Positions 1 to 8,624 of a stretch of DNA of 24,000 bases are shown here, one piece after another. The notes below the pieces were generated by a model that was not told where the DNA came from, ran no database searches, and saw only the letters and a list, made by a program, of their open reading frames with translations. The stretch's first letter is position 1; the number at the start of each line of letters is the position of its first letter. This DNA is from Phycisphaerae bacterium (GTDB taxonomy: Bacteria; Planctomycetota; Phycisphaerae; UBA1845; Fen-1342). The position numbers and the translations under genes are program-made. The stretch covers positions 17,517 through 41,516 of the forward strand of contig JABRWC010000129.1 in the NCBI GenBank assembly GCA_039961675.1. The letters run 5' to 3'.

Positions 1-359
1 TTCCCCGCGACGGTCTTTCGCGGCCCCTTGCGCGTGCGCGCGTTTGTCCGCGTACGCTGGCCGCGGACCGGAAGGCCGCGGATGTGCCGCAGTCCCCGGT
101 AGCAGCGAATGTCCTTGAGCCGCTGGATCGACTGGGCCACCTGCCGGCGAAGCTGCCCCTCGACCGCGTAGTCCTTCTCAATCACGTTGGCGATGCGGCT
201 GATCTCGTCCTCGGTGAGCTTGTTGGCCCGGACGCCCGGCTCGATCTGCGTCTTCCGCAGAATCTCGCGGGCCCGGAAACGCCCGATCCCGTAAATGCGC
301 GTCAACGCCACGTCCACACGCTTGTCGCCGGGAAGGTCCACGCCTGCGATACGTGCCAT
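1..359 (-). CDS. rpsM: 30S ribosomal protein S13 (partial; 3' end runs off the window start)
   Basis: My minus-strand translation from the ATG at 357-359 gives [107 protein letters not shown], which carries canonical S13 motifs. GAGAGG lies 7 nt upstream. It follows rpmJ as in spc/alpha operons. It is missing from the ORF track because no stop lies inside the window. Confidence 0.92.
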   Translation of the reverse strand, partial: MARIAGVDLPGDKRVDVALTRIYGIGRFRAREILRKTQIEPGVRANKLTEDEISRIANVIEKDYAVEGQLRRQVAQSIQRLKDIRCYRGLRHIRGLPVRGQRTRTNARTRKGPRKTVAG

Positions 360-378
360 GTTCGAGCCTCTCGCGCCG

Positions 379-492
379 TCAGCCCTGGCGCTGCTTGTGC
401 CGCGGGTTGGTGCAGATCACGCGCACCACGCCCTTGCGCTTGATGATCTTGCAGTTCTCGCATATCCGCTTCACGCTGCTGCGTACCTTCAT
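379..492 (-). CDS. rpmJ: 50S ribosomal protein L36 (zinc-ribbon form)
   Basis: Not in the ORF track (37 aa). The minus strand from ATG 490-492 to TGA 379-381 translates as [37 protein letters not shown], with a CxxC..C..H motif. GAGAGGA lies 7 nt upstream. It sits in the canonical slot between map and rpsM. Confidence 0.92.
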   Translation of the reverse strand: MKVRSSVKRICENCKIIKRKGVVRVICTNPRHKQRQG

Positions 493-521
493 CGTGCCGT
501 CCTCTCGTAACGCCGCCCCGC

Positions 522-1316
522 TCAGCGCGCCGTCAACACCCACGCGCCCTTCTCCGTCACCGCGACGGTGTGCTCAAAATGCGCCGCCAGCGAGCGGTCC
601 TTCGTCACAACCGTCCAGCGGTCGCGGTCGAGGTACTCAACCTCCGGCCGGCCGGCCGTGACCATCGGCTCGATCGCCAGCGTCATCCCCGGCACAAGAT
701 CGAAATCGCTCGCGCGGCTGCTCCGATCCACGTAGTTCGGAACCTTCGGCTCCTCGTGCATCTCACGCCCGATCCCGTGGCCGACGAACTCACGCACCAC
801 CCCGAAGCCCTGGCTCTCGACGGCCTTCTGGATCCGACGGGCCACCTGGCTCCAGCGCATGCCCGGACGCATCTCGCCGATCGCCGTATCGAGCGCCCCT
901 TGCGTCGTGTCCAGCAGCCGCCGCGTACGCGGCGCCACCGCCCCCACCGCGAACGTCCGGGCCGAGTCGCCGCAGTAGCCGTTCAGCCGCACGCCCACGT
1001 CGATGCTGACGATGTCGCCCTCGCGCAGCGGACGCTCGTCCGGAATGCCGTGGACCACGGCGTCGTTCACCGACGCACAAATGTGCGCCGGAAACGGGTA
1101 CCGCGCCTGCGGGTTGCGCACGCCCAGGAACAGCGCGGTCGCTCCGGCGGCGCTGATCCGCTGCCGGGCAATCTCGTCCAGCCGGGCGGTCGTCACCCCG
1201 GGCGCCACCTCGCGCTCAAGCGCGTCGAGCACCTCGCACACAAGCTGGCCCGCCGCACGCATCAACTCCGTCTCGCGGGCGCTCTTGATCACGATGCGCT
1301 GGCTGCCGGAGATCAT
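522..1316 (-). CDS. map: Methionine aminopeptidase, type I
   Basis: 264-aa ORF with MetAP-I blocks [54 protein letters not shown] and AHFEHTV (the D/D/H/E/E metal ligands). Its start overlaps the adk stop by 4 nt. It sits in the canonical position after adk. Confidence 0.95.
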   Translation of the reverse strand: MISGSQRIVIKSARETELMRAAGQLVCEVLDALEREVAPGVTTARLDEIARQRISAAGATALFLGVRNPQARYPFPAHICASVNDAVVHGIPDERPLREGDIVSIDVGVRLNGYCGDSARTFAVGAVAPRTRRLLDTTQGALDTAIGEMRPGMRWSQVARRIQKAVESQGFGVVREFVGHGIGREMHEEPKVPNYVDRSSRASDFDLVPGMTLAIEPMVTAGRPEVEYLDRDRWTVVTKDRSLAAHFEHTVAVTEKGAWVLTAR

Positions 1317-1981
1317 GTCGCGCCGCTCAGCTCCCGAACGATGGCCGAGACGGCCGCTTCGACCTCCGGCGACGTGCGCGATGCTTCCACGGCCCGGAGA
1401 ATCCCCTTGCGCGAATAATACTCAACCAGCGGCGCGGTCTGCGACCGGTACGTCGCCAGACGCGTCGCCACCACGTCCTCACTGTCGTCCCGCCGCTGCG
1501 TCAGCGGCGCGCCGCACGCGTCGCACGTCCCGTCCACGGCGGGCGGGGCGAACCGCACATTATACGTACGCCCGCAATTACTGCAAACCCGCCGCGTGGC
1601 GATCCGCTCGATGATCGCCGCGTCCGACATGCGGAAGTCGATCACCGCGTCCAACGTCGTCCCGCGGCGATTCAGACCCGCCTCAAGCGATTCGGCCTGA
1701 GCCACCGTGCGCGGGAATCCGTCCAGCACAAAACCGCATTCCCGCGGCAAACGGTCGATCCCCGCCAGCATGACACGCGTCACGATCCCGTCAGGCACCA
1801 GCCGGCCGCTCTCGACGTATTCGCGCGCTTCCCGCCCGACCGCCGAGTTGTCGCGAATCTCCTGCCGCAGCGTGTCGCCGCTCGACAACGCCGTCAGACC
1901 GAAGCTCTCGGACAGGCGTTGCGCCTGCGTGCCCTTTCCCGTTCCGGGGGCGCCGAGAAAAACGATCCGGACGGCCGCCAC
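1313..1981 (-). CDS. adk: Adenylate kinase (four-Cys zinc LID)
   Basis: 222-aa ORF with a GTG start 1 nt after the secY stop. It has the P-loop FLGAPGTGKGTQ, the block GFVLDGFPRT, and a LID CSNCGRTYN-x-CDACG (CxxC-x16-CxxC). The secY-adk-map order is conserved. Confidence 0.95.
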   Translation of the reverse strand: MAAVRIVFLGAPGTGKGTQAQRLSESFGLTALSSGDTLRQEIRDNSAVGREAREYVESGRLVPDGIVTRVMLAGIDRLPRECGFVLDGFPRTVAQAESLEAGLNRRGTTLDAVIDFRMSDAAIIERIATRRVCSNCGRTYNVRFAPPAVDGTCDACGAPLTQRRDDSEDVVATRLATYRSQTAPLVEYYSRKGILRAVEASRTSPEVEAAVSAIVRELSGAT

Positions 1982-1982
1982 G

Positions 1983-3353
1983 TCACATCCGTCCTTTCAC
2001 CCTCGCCACGCCCTCGCTCCCCAGGAAGCCCTCGTAGTTGCGCATGATCAGGTTGGCTTCCAGCCGCTGAATGAGATCCAGCGCCACGCTCACCACGATC
2101 AGCAACCCGGTGCCGCCGAGGAACGCGGACACGCGGAACGGAATCTCGAGCTGCACGGCGACGATGGACGGAATCACCGCGATGATGGCCAGGAAACCGG
2201 CGCCAACGTACGTGATCCGCTCCATGACCGCTTCCAGGTAGTCGGCGGTACGCTTCCCCGGCCGAAGGCCCGGGATGAAGCTGCCCATGTCGCGCAGGTT
2301 GTTCGCCAGCTCCTTGGGGCGGAACTGAACCGACACCCAGAAATACGCGAAAACGTAAACCATCGCCACGTACGACACTTCGTAGATGAACCGCCCCGGC
2401 TGAAGCTCGTCGTACAAAAACGCCCAGAATCCCGCGGGCCAGATGCCCCCGCGCATCAACGCCCCGATCAGCAGGCTCGGCAGCAGCAGAAACGAACTGG
2501 CGAAGATGATCGGCATCACCCCGCCGTGGTTGATCTTCAGCGGCAGGTAGTGCCGGGCGCCGCCGACCACGCGCCGACCGCGGGTCTGTTTGGCCTGCTG
2601 GATCGGAATCCGCCGCTGAGCCTGCGTGATCAGGATCGCCCCGGCGACGACGCACACGAACGAGATGATCATGAACAGGACCTTCTCAGGCCCCATCGTG
2701 CCCCCGCTCGCCGTGCCCTGAAGGTTCAGCCCCTGGACGACGTCAATCACCACGTTCGGCAGCCGGGCGATGATGCCCGACATGATGATCAGGCTGATCC
2801 CGTTGCCCACACCGTATTCGTCGATCTGCTCGCCGATCCACATCATCACCATCGTCCCGGCGGTCAGCCCCGTGATGGCCATCAGCCCGAAACTGAACTT
2901 GCCCGCGAAGTCCGGATAAACCAGTCCGTTGCGCGTCAGATAGCTGAGCCAGAACATCGCCTGCACCAGGCACAACCCGACCGTCAGGTAACGCGTGTAC
3001 TCGTTGATCTTGCGTCGCCCCGACTCGCCCTCACGCGCCAGCTTCTCCAGCGCGGGGATCACCGTAATGAGAATCTGGAGGATGATCGACGCGCTGATGT
3101 ACGGCATGATCCCCAGGCCGAAAAGCGTGCTCTGGCCAAGGTCGCCGCCCGTGAACATCGCGAACAACTCGGCGGCCTGCTCCGCGGCGCCGCCGCCCGC
3201 GCCGCCCTGGAAGTGCCCGGAGAGCTTCTCCTGGTCGATGCCCGGCAGCGGAACATAGAAGCCCACCCGGTACACCGTCAGCATGAGCAGCGTGAACAGC
3301 ACCTTCTTGCGGAGGTCTGCGATCCGAAACACGTTGATAAAGGCACGAATCAT
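1983..3353 (-). CDS. secY: Preprotein translocase subunit SecY
   Basis: 456-aa polytopic ORF. The N-terminus MIRAFINVFRIADLRKKVLFTLLMLTVYRVGFYVPLPGI and the block GISLIIMSGIIARLP are typical of SecY. It lies directly after rplO. Confidence 0.97.
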   Translation of the reverse strand: MIRAFINVFRIADLRKKVLFTLLMLTVYRVGFYVPLPGIDQEKLSGHFQGGAGGGAAEQAAELFAMFTGGDLGQSTLFGLGIMPYISASIILQILITVIPALEKLAREGESGRRKINEYTRYLTVGLCLVQAMFWLSYLTRNGLVYPDFAGKFSFGLMAITGLTAGTMVMMWIGEQIDEYGVGNGISLIIMSGIIARLPNVVIDVVQGLNLQGTASGGTMGPEKVLFMIISFVCVVAGAILITQAQRRIPIQQAKQTRGRRVVGGARHYLPLKINHGGVMPIIFASSFLLLPSLLIGALMRGGIWPAGFWAFLYDELQPGRFIYEVSYVAMVYVFAYFWVSVQFRPKELANNLRDMGSFIPGLRPGKRTADYLEAVMERITYVGAGFLAIIAVIPSIVAVQLEIPFRVSAFLGGTGLLIVVSVALDLIQRLEANLIMRNYEGFLGSEGVARVKGRM

Positions 3354-3379
3354 TCAGCCGCGACCTCCGCGCTGTGTCC

Positions 3380-3934
3380 CTAGCCGCCGCGCGCCGCACG
3401 CTTCTTGACCAGCCGGCCCGGTCCGGCGTCACGCTTGGCGCTCTGAGCGGTCTTGCGCTTCGCCTTGGCCAGCGCGGCCGCGTCGCGCAGCGCGATCAGG
3501 CTGAGCGACCCGCCGGCCTTCTCGATCGCTGCCCGCGCCGAGGCGCTCGCGGCGTGTACCTCGAACGCGAGCTTGTGGCTCAGTTCTTTGCCGAGGAGCT
3601 TCACCAGTTCGCGCGGGTCGCCGATCAGGCCGTGCCGGTGCAGCGCGTCGCGGTCCACGCGCTCGCCCGCCGCAAACTTGGTTTCCAGATCCTCGAGATT
3701 GACCGGCTGGTAGCGCCGCCGGAAACCCGCGTTGCTGAAGCCGCGCTTCGGCGACTTGCGATACAGCGGCGTGGCCCCGCCCTCGAACAGCGGGTGCGGA
3801 CCGTTGCCGGCGCGCGACTGCATCCCCTTGTCGCCGCGGCCGCAGGTCTTTCCGTGCCCGCTGCTCTCGCCGCGGCCGACGCGCTTGCGACGCTTGTGCG
3901 CGCCGGCAAGCTTCGTAATTTCGTCGATCATCAT
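3380..3934 (-). CDS. rplO: 50S ribosomal protein L15 (with a K/R/A-rich C-terminal tail)
   Basis: The track ORF 3380-3952 begins at a TTG. I prefer the ATG at 3932-3934, which gives MMIDEITKLAGAHKRRKRVGRGESSGHGKTCGRGDKG (an L15 N-terminus) and has GAGGT 8 nt upstream. The tail after AAIEKAGGSLSLI is about 38 aa. Confidence 0.9.
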   Translation of the reverse strand: MMIDEITKLAGAHKRRKRVGRGESSGHGKTCGRGDKGMQSRAGNGPHPLFEGGATPLYRKSPKRGFSNAGFRRRYQPVNLEDLETKFAAGERVDRDALHRHGLIGDPRELVKLLGKELSHKLAFEVHAASASARAAIEKAGGSLSLIALRDAAALAKAKRKTAQSAKRDAGPGRLVKKRAARGG

Positions 3935-4002
3935 GTTCGGGGACCTCGACAAGCACTTCGTTCAGCCGCGATCGGCCGCCGGTGCCGAGCCAATCCGGGC
4001 CG

Positions 4003-4587
4003 TCACTCCGGCCGCGGGTCGACGTACGTTTCCGTCGATGCGGGAGCGGCGTCGGATTGCGCCGCGCGCCGCGGCAGCCACAGCTTCACGCCGCGGAGCT
4101 TCTCGACCTGCTCACGCGAGCGCAGCTGCGCCAGTCCGTTCAGCGTGGCCTTGACCAGGTTCTTGGGGCTGGACGAGCCGTAAACCTTCGTCAGCACGTC
4201 CTTGACGCCCGCCAGTTCCAGAACCGCTCGGGGTGCCGAGCCGGCGATGACGCCCGTACCCTCGGCTGCGGGGATCATCACCACGCGGCTGGATCCGAAC
4301 CGCCCGATGACGCGGTGCGGGATCGTATTGCCCCGCAGCGGGACGGACTGGAGACCGCGCCGGGCCTGCTTGATCCCTTTCTCGACCGCCGGGGGCACTT
4401 CATTCGCCTTCCCATAGCCGCAGCCGACGCGACCTCGCCGGTCGCCGACGACCACCAGCGCGCCGAACGAGAAACGCCGCCCGCCCTTGACGACGCATGC
4501 GCAGCGGTACAGCTTGACCAGCACGTCGTCAAACTGGGCCTCTTCATCGCTCTCGATCGGCCGCTTCGTCCGTGGGGCACTTGCCAT
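4003..4587 (-). CDS. rpsE: 30S ribosomal protein S5
   Basis: 194-aa ORF with S5 blocks VVKGGRRFSFGALVVVGD, GCGYGKANEVPPAVEKG and GTGVIAGSAPRAVLELAGVKDVLTK. It follows rplR. Confidence 0.94.
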   Translation of the reverse strand: MASAPRTKRPIESDEEAQFDDVLVKLYRCACVVKGGRRFSFGALVVVGDRRGRVGCGYGKANEVPPAVEKGIKQARRGLQSVPLRGNTIPHRVIGRFGSSRVVMIPAAEGTGVIAGSAPRAVLELAGVKDVLTKVYGSSSPKNLVKATLNGLAQLRSREQVEKLRGVKLWLPRRAAQSDAAPASTETYVDPRPE

Positions 4588-4605
4588 ACGAGTTCACCCT
4601 GCCAG

Positions 4606-4974
4606 TTAGAATTTCAGCCCGGCCTCGCGGGCCGCGTCGGCCAGAGCCTTGATGCGGCCGTGATAGCTGCGCCCGCGGCGGTCGAAGCACACCTGCTCGA
4701 TGCCCAGGGTCCGGGCACGCTGCCCGAGCAGTCTGCCCACGACGGCGGCGGCGTTGCGGTTCCCGCCGTAGGCCGCCTGGCCACGAGCCTCCTGACCTTG
4801 GCTGGACACGGCGCACAACGTCTTCCCGCTCACGTCGTCGATGATCTGGGCGTAGATGTTGCGGTTCGAGCGCGAAACCGCGAGACGCGGCCGCTCCGGC
4901 GTGCCGCGGACGCGCTTGCGGACGCGCTGCGTCCGACGCGCCCGGCGAACGTGCTTGACCTTCTCGATGTTCAT
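4606..4974 (-). CDS. rplR: 50S ribosomal protein L18
   Basis: 122-aa ORF containing [20 protein letters not shown] and ending [19 protein letters not shown]. It lies between rplF and rpsE. Confidence 0.94.
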   Translation of the reverse strand: MNIEKVKHVRRARRTQRVRKRVRGTPERPRLAVSRSNRNIYAQIIDDVSGKTLCAVSSQGQEARGQAAYGGNRNAAAVVGRLLGQRARTLGIEQVCFDRRGRSYHGRIKALADAAREAGLKF

Positions 4975-5000
4975 GGATGAATTCCCTCACCCGCCCCGAA

Positions 5001-5603
5001 TCAGCCGCCGCCCGCAGCGCCGCCGGCGAACACCTTGCCGGCCTTGCGCCGAATCTGCTCGCCGACGTAGCGGAAGCCCTTGCCCAGGTACGGCTCGGCA
5101 CGACGGAGCTTGCGGACCTCCGCCGCGAACTGGCCGACGGCCTGCTTGTCGAAGCCCGTCACCACGAAGCGCGCCGGCTCGTTGTTGCCGCGGGCCGCGG
5201 GAACCTCGACCTTCACCTGGACGCCTTCGGGAATCGGCAGTACGAACTGCGCCGGCTTGCCGACGCCGCGGCCCATGAAGCCGCAGTTGAGCAGCAGGTT
5301 CTTGCCCTGAACGTTGGCGCTGTAACCGGTGCCGTAAAGCTCCAGGCCGACGGAATAGCCGGTCGTCACGCCGTGCAGCATGTTGGCCAGCAGCGCGCGC
5401 GTCGTGCCGTGGTCGGCGCGGGACTGCTTCTCGTCGTCGGTCCGGGTGACCACCACCTTCCCGCTCTCCACCGCGACCGCGACCCGCGACGCGACCTTCC
5501 ACGTCAGCGCGCCCTTCGGTCCGCTCACGGTCACCGTGCGGCCCGACACCTCGACCTTCGCACCGCTGGGAATCGGAATGGGTTGTTTGCCGATGCGCGA
5601 CAT
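5001..5603 (-). CDS. rplF: 50S ribosomal protein L6
   Basis: 200-aa ORF starting MSRIGKQPIPIPSGAKVEVSG and containing EPYLGKGFRYVGE. It follows rpsH after a 4-nt gap. Confidence 0.95.
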   Translation of the reverse strand: MSRIGKQPIPIPSGAKVEVSGRTVTVSGPKGALTWKVASRVAVAVESGKVVVTRTDDEKQSRADHGTTRALLANMLHGVTTGYSVGLELYGTGYSANVQGKNLLLNCGFMGRGVGKPAQFVLPIPEGVQVKVEVPAARGNNEPARFVVTGFDKQAVGQFAAEVRKLRRAEPYLGKGFRYVGEQIRRKAGKVFAGGAAGGG

Positions 5604-5607
5604 AGGT

Positions 5608-6006
5608 TCACCACACGGTACAGAGGACTTCGCCGCCCACGTTCAGCTTCCGCGCCTGGCGGTCGCTGACCACGCCGCGGCTGGTCGAGACGATCGCGAT
5701 CCCCAGCCCGTCCAACACCCGCGGCAACTCGCCGGAGCCGCGGTACACCCGCCGCCCGGGCTTGCTGGCGCGGTCGATCTTCTGGATCACCTTCTCGCCG
5801 TTGTCGCCGTACTTGAGCTCCACCCGGATTTCGCCCTGGGTGTTGTCGTCGATCTCAACGAAGTCGCGGATGAAGCCCTCGTCCCGCAGAACACGCGCCA
5901 CGCCCAAACAGGCCTTCGTACGCTTCACGTTCACGTGCGAGAAGCCGCAGCGGTTCGCGTTGCGGAGCCGCGTCAGCATGTCGGCAATCGGGTCGTTCAC
6001 GGCCAT
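5608..6006 (-). CDS. rpsH: 30S ribosomal protein S8
   Basis: 132-aa ORF containing DPIADMLTRLRNA and VSTSRGVVSDRQARKLNVGGEVLCTVW. Confidence 0.95.
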   Translation of the reverse strand: MAVNDPIADMLTRLRNANRCGFSHVNVKRTKACLGVARVLRDEGFIRDFVEIDDNTQGEIRVELKYGDNGEKVIQKIDRASKPGRRVYRGSGELPRVLDGLGIAIVSTSRGVVSDRQARKLNVGGEVLCTVW

Positions 6007-6016
6007 GAGCGGCTCC

Positions 6017-6202
6017 TTACCAGCTTGCCTTGCGCACGCCCGGGATGCGGCCCTCGTTCGCCAGCATCCGAAAACAGATTCGGCAGATCATGAACTTGCG
6101 ATATACCGCACGCGACCGGCCGCAAAGCTTGCAGCGGTTGTGCTGCCGCACCCTGAACTTGGGCTTGCGCTCCGCCTTGACCCAGTGACACGTTCGAGCC
6201 AT
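6017..6202 (-). CDS. rpsN: 30S ribosomal protein S14, short zinc-binding (type Z) form
   Basis: The track ORF 6017-6349 is N-terminally over-extended. The ATG at 6200-6202 gives the 61-aa [61 protein letters not shown], with CxxC-x12-CxxC. It starts 8 nt after the rplE stop. Confidence 0.9.
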   Translation of the reverse strand: MARTCHWVKAERKPKFRVRQHNRCKLCGRSRAVYRKFMICRICFRMLANEGRIPGVRKASW

Positions 6203-6210
6203 GGTTCCCT

Positions 6211-6774
6211 CTAGTTCCGAAACGGCATGCCCAGCAGCGCCAGCAGCCGGCGCGCCTCGGCGTCGCTCCGCGCGCTCGTGCAGATCGTGATGTTCAGACC
6301 CTGCTGGAAGGTGATCTTGTCCGGATTGATCTCCGGAAACACGCCGCACTCGCTCAGCCCCATGTTGTAGTTCCCGCGGCCGTCGAAGCCCGACGGGTCG
6401 AGCCCGCGGAAGTCACGCACACGCGGCACCGCGATCGCCACCAGCCGGTCGAGGAACTCGTACATACGCTGGCCGCGAAGCGTGACCTTCAGCCCGACCT
6501 GCCAGCCCTCGCGCACCTTGAAGTTCGAAACGCTCTTGCGGGCGCGCGTCACCAGCGGCTGCTGCCCGGAAATCGTGGTCAGGTGCTCGAGCGCCTCCGT
6601 AAAACGCTTGTTCTCGCGCGCCTTGCCCCCGGACTCCTGCACCGCCTTCCCCAGCCCCATCGACAGCACGATCTTCGTCAGTCGCGGCATCGACATAAGG
6701 TTGTCCCGGCCCAACTCCGCCTTGAGCTCGGCAACCGTCTCGCGCCGGTATTTCTCCATCAGCCTGGCCATCAT
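6211..6774 (-). CDS. rplE: 50S ribosomal protein L5
   Basis: 187-aa ORF containing [13 protein letters not shown] and [28 protein letters not shown]. Its ATGATG start overlaps the rplX TGA. Confidence 0.95.
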   Translation of the reverse strand: MMARLMEKYRRETVAELKAELGRDNLMSMPRLTKIVLSMGLGKAVQESGGKARENKRFTEALEHLTTISGQQPLVTRARKSVSNFKVREGWQVGLKVTLRGQRMYEFLDRLVAIAVPRVRDFRGLDPSGFDGRGNYNMGLSECGVFPEINPDKITFQQGLNITICTSARSDAEARRLLALLGMPFRN

Positions 6775-7145
6775 CGCCCTCCCGGCGCCGCGGCGGGCTG
6801 CCGCGGACGGCGTACGTCGCCCAGCACCGTGCCGGCGGCCGACACGCGCTGCTTGGCGGCCACCGTCCCGTCGGCGTTCCGCTCAATCTTGAAGCGCACC
6901 CGGCAGCCGCGGCCGGTCTTCGGGTCGATCGGCATCACCTTGCACAGCGGCAGGGGGGCTTCCTTCTGGATGCGGCCCGACTGCTGGTTGGCACGCGTGC
7001 GGCGCGCGTGCTTGTACACCAGGTTCACACCCTCGACCAGCACGCGGTCTTTCTTCGTGTCCACGAAAAGCACCTTGCCGCGGGCGCCGCGGTGATCGCC
7101 CGAGATGACCTCGACGATGTCGTCTTTCTTGATCCGCGACGCCAT
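6771..7145 (-). CDS. rplX: 50S ribosomal protein L24 (C-terminal tail)
   Basis: Contains the KOW motif IKKDDIVEVISGDHRGARGKVL. I prefer the ATG at 7143-7145, which has GAGGAGG 10 nt upstream, over the track start GTG at 7154, where the same motif is only 1 nt upstream. Confidence 0.9.
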   Translation of the reverse strand: MASRIKKDDIVEVISGDHRGARGKVLFVDTKKDRVLVEGVNLVYKHARRTRANQQSGRIQKEAPLPLCKVMPIDPKTGRGCRVRFKIERNADGTVAAKQRVSAAGTVLGDVRRPRQPAAAPGGR

Positions 7146-7147
7146 CG

Positions 7148-7537
7148 TTACCACACCTCCTCGGCCAGCGAGATGATCTTCGCGAAGTTCTTCTCACGCA
7201 GCTCGCGGGCCACCGCGCCGAACACGCGCGTACCCTTCGGATTCCCGTCCTTGTCGATGATCACGGCGGCGTTGCTGTCGAAGCGCACATAGCTGCCGTC
7301 TCGGCGGCGCGTGGGGTACTTCGTGCGGACGATCACGCACCGCACCTTCTCGCCCTTCTTGAGCTCCGCCGAAGGTAGGGCCGACTTCACCGAGCAGATC
7401 GCGATGTCGCCGACGTACCCGGTCCGCAGCCGCCGCTTCCCGTGCCCCGCCGCCCCGCCCTTGAGCACCTGAATGCACATCACCTGCTTGGCGCCGGTGT
7501 TGTCCGCCACGTCCATGTACGTGTACTGCGTGATCAT
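7148..7537 (-). CDS. rplN: 50S ribosomal protein L14
   Basis: [53 protein letters not shown]. The ATG at 7535-7537 forms an ATGA overlap with the rpsQ stop. The extra 28 aa of track ORF 7148-7621 are not L14-like. Confidence 0.93.
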   Translation of the reverse strand: MITQYTYMDVADNTGAKQVMCIQVLKGGAAGHGKRRLRTGYVGDIAICSVKSALPSAELKKGEKVRCVIVRTKYPTRRRDGSYVRFDSNAAVIIDKDGNPKGTRVFGAVARELREKNFAKIISLAEEVW

Positions 7538-7851
7538 GTCGTCGGCCCCCCGGCCTCCTGCGGCGCGCGCTCCAGCACGCGGACCAGCCGCCATCTCTTG
7601 CTCTTGCTGATCGGCCGGCACTCCATGATCTCGACCCGGTCGCCGACCCGAGCGTCGTTGCGCTCGTCGTGAACCTGGAGCCGCGTGCGGCGCCGAAGGT
7701 ACTTACCGTACTTGGCGTGCTTCACCGTGTACTCGAGCGTGACCGCGACCGTCTTCTCGCACCGGTCCGACGTGACGATGCCCACGCGCGTCGGCCGCGG
7801 GCGGCGCTGACGCTCCGGGCTCACCACTGCCGTTGATCCTGTCTGGGACAT
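7534..7851 (-). CDS. rpsQ: 30S ribosomal protein S17 (N-terminal extension; start uncertain)
   Basis: The core [71 protein letters not shown] is S17. I chose the ATG at 7849-7851. The track start at 7872 is a TTG that lies inside a GGAGG motif, so the true start could be 7851-7872. Confidence 0.85.
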   Translation of the reverse strand: MSQTGSTAVVSPERQRRPRPTRVGIVTSDRCEKTVAVTLEYTVKHAKYGKYLRRRTRLQVHDERNDARVGDRVEIMECRPISKSKRWRLVRVLERAPQEAGGPTT

Positions 7852-7899
7852 ATCCTGCGTCACGACCTCCAAACCGGGCCACGCCCGGCCGCTGCGCGG

Positions 7900-8142
7900 C
7901 TACTTGCGATGGGCCGCCCGCGCCACCAGGTGATCCTGCTGCTGCTCAATGTTCTTCTCGTTCCGCTGCCGCAGCACGGTCAGCACACGCGCGATCGAAC
8001 GCCGCGTCTCGCGAAGCTGGGCCGGATCCTCGAGCTTCTCCGTCACCGCCTGCGAGCGCAGATCGAAGTAGTGCCGGCGGAGCCGCTCCAGCTCCGAGTG
8101 AACCTCGTCGGTCTTGAGCGCCCGAAGTTGTTCAACGTTCAT
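7900..8142 (-). CDS. rpmC: 50S ribosomal protein L29 (C-terminal tail)
   Basis: MNVEQLRALKTDEVHSELERLRRHYFDLRSQ is an L29-like helix. The ATG at 8140-8142 has GAGGGA 9 nt upstream. The track start GTG at 8148 is only 3 nt from that motif. Confidence 0.88.
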   Translation of the reverse strand: MNVEQLRALKTDEVHSELERLRRHYFDLRSQAVTEKLEDPAQLRETRRSIARVLTVLRQRNEKNIEQQQDHLVARAAHRK

Positions 8143-8172
8143 CGCCACAAATCCCTCGTTCGCGTCCGCGGC

Positions 8173-8595
8173 CTACAACTCGTGCCGGCGAGTGACGAAC
8201 CGCGCCCGCACCGGCAGCTTGTTCGCCACCCGAACCAGCGCCGCCTTGGCGATCTCCTCCCCAACGCCGGAAACCTCGAACATCACCGTCCCGGGCCGAA
8301 CGACCGCCGTCCACACGTCCGGTTCGCCCTTGCCCTTGCCCATGCGCGTCTCGAGCGGCTTCTTGCTCACGGGCTTGTGAGGGAAAATGCGGATGAACAT
8401 CCGCCCTTCCCGGTGCAGAAAGTGCATCGCCGCCACTCGCCCCGCCTCGATGTGCCGGCTCGTAACGCGACCCGGCTCAAGCGATTGCAGCCCGTACTCC
8501 CCGTACGAAACCGTGTTCCCACGCGTGGCGCAGCCGCGGATGCGGCCCTTCTGCGCCTTGCGCCACTTCACTCGTTTCGGCATTGCGGCCGACAT
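8173..8595 (-). CDS. rplP: 50S ribosomal protein L16
   Basis: 140-aa ORF containing PKRVKWRKAQKGRIRG and RMGKGKGEPDVW. AGGAG lies 6 nt upstream of the ATG at 8595. Confidence 0.93.
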   Translation of the reverse strand: MSAAMPKRVKWRKAQKGRIRGCATRGNTVSYGEYGLQSLEPGRVTSRHIEAGRVAAMHFLHREGRMFIRIFPHKPVSKKPLETRMGKGKGEPDVWTAVVRPGTVMFEVSGVGEEIAKAALVRVANKLPVRARFVTRRHEL

Positions 8596-8624
8596 CGCCC
8601 GCTCCTATCTCGATCTTGCCTGCC

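Noticed and set aside
1707-3383. 558-aa plus-strand ORF antisense to adk and secY
   Set aside because: It spans two well-supported minus-strand genes. Its product is an R/P/H/D-rich low-complexity string with no recognisable fold motifs. This is the typical stop-codon-poor shadow ORF of a very GC-rich genome.
6203-6349. Over-extended ORF-track N-termini (rpsN to 6349, rplN to 7621, rpsJ to 12995, rplC to 12573, ddl to 16685, rplO to 3952, rplX to 7154)
   Set aside because: The extensions are not homologous to the respective families. They overlap upstream genes or the predicted promoter, or begin at non-ATG codons placed too close to the SD. Internal ATG starts with properly spaced SD motifs fit the family N-termini.
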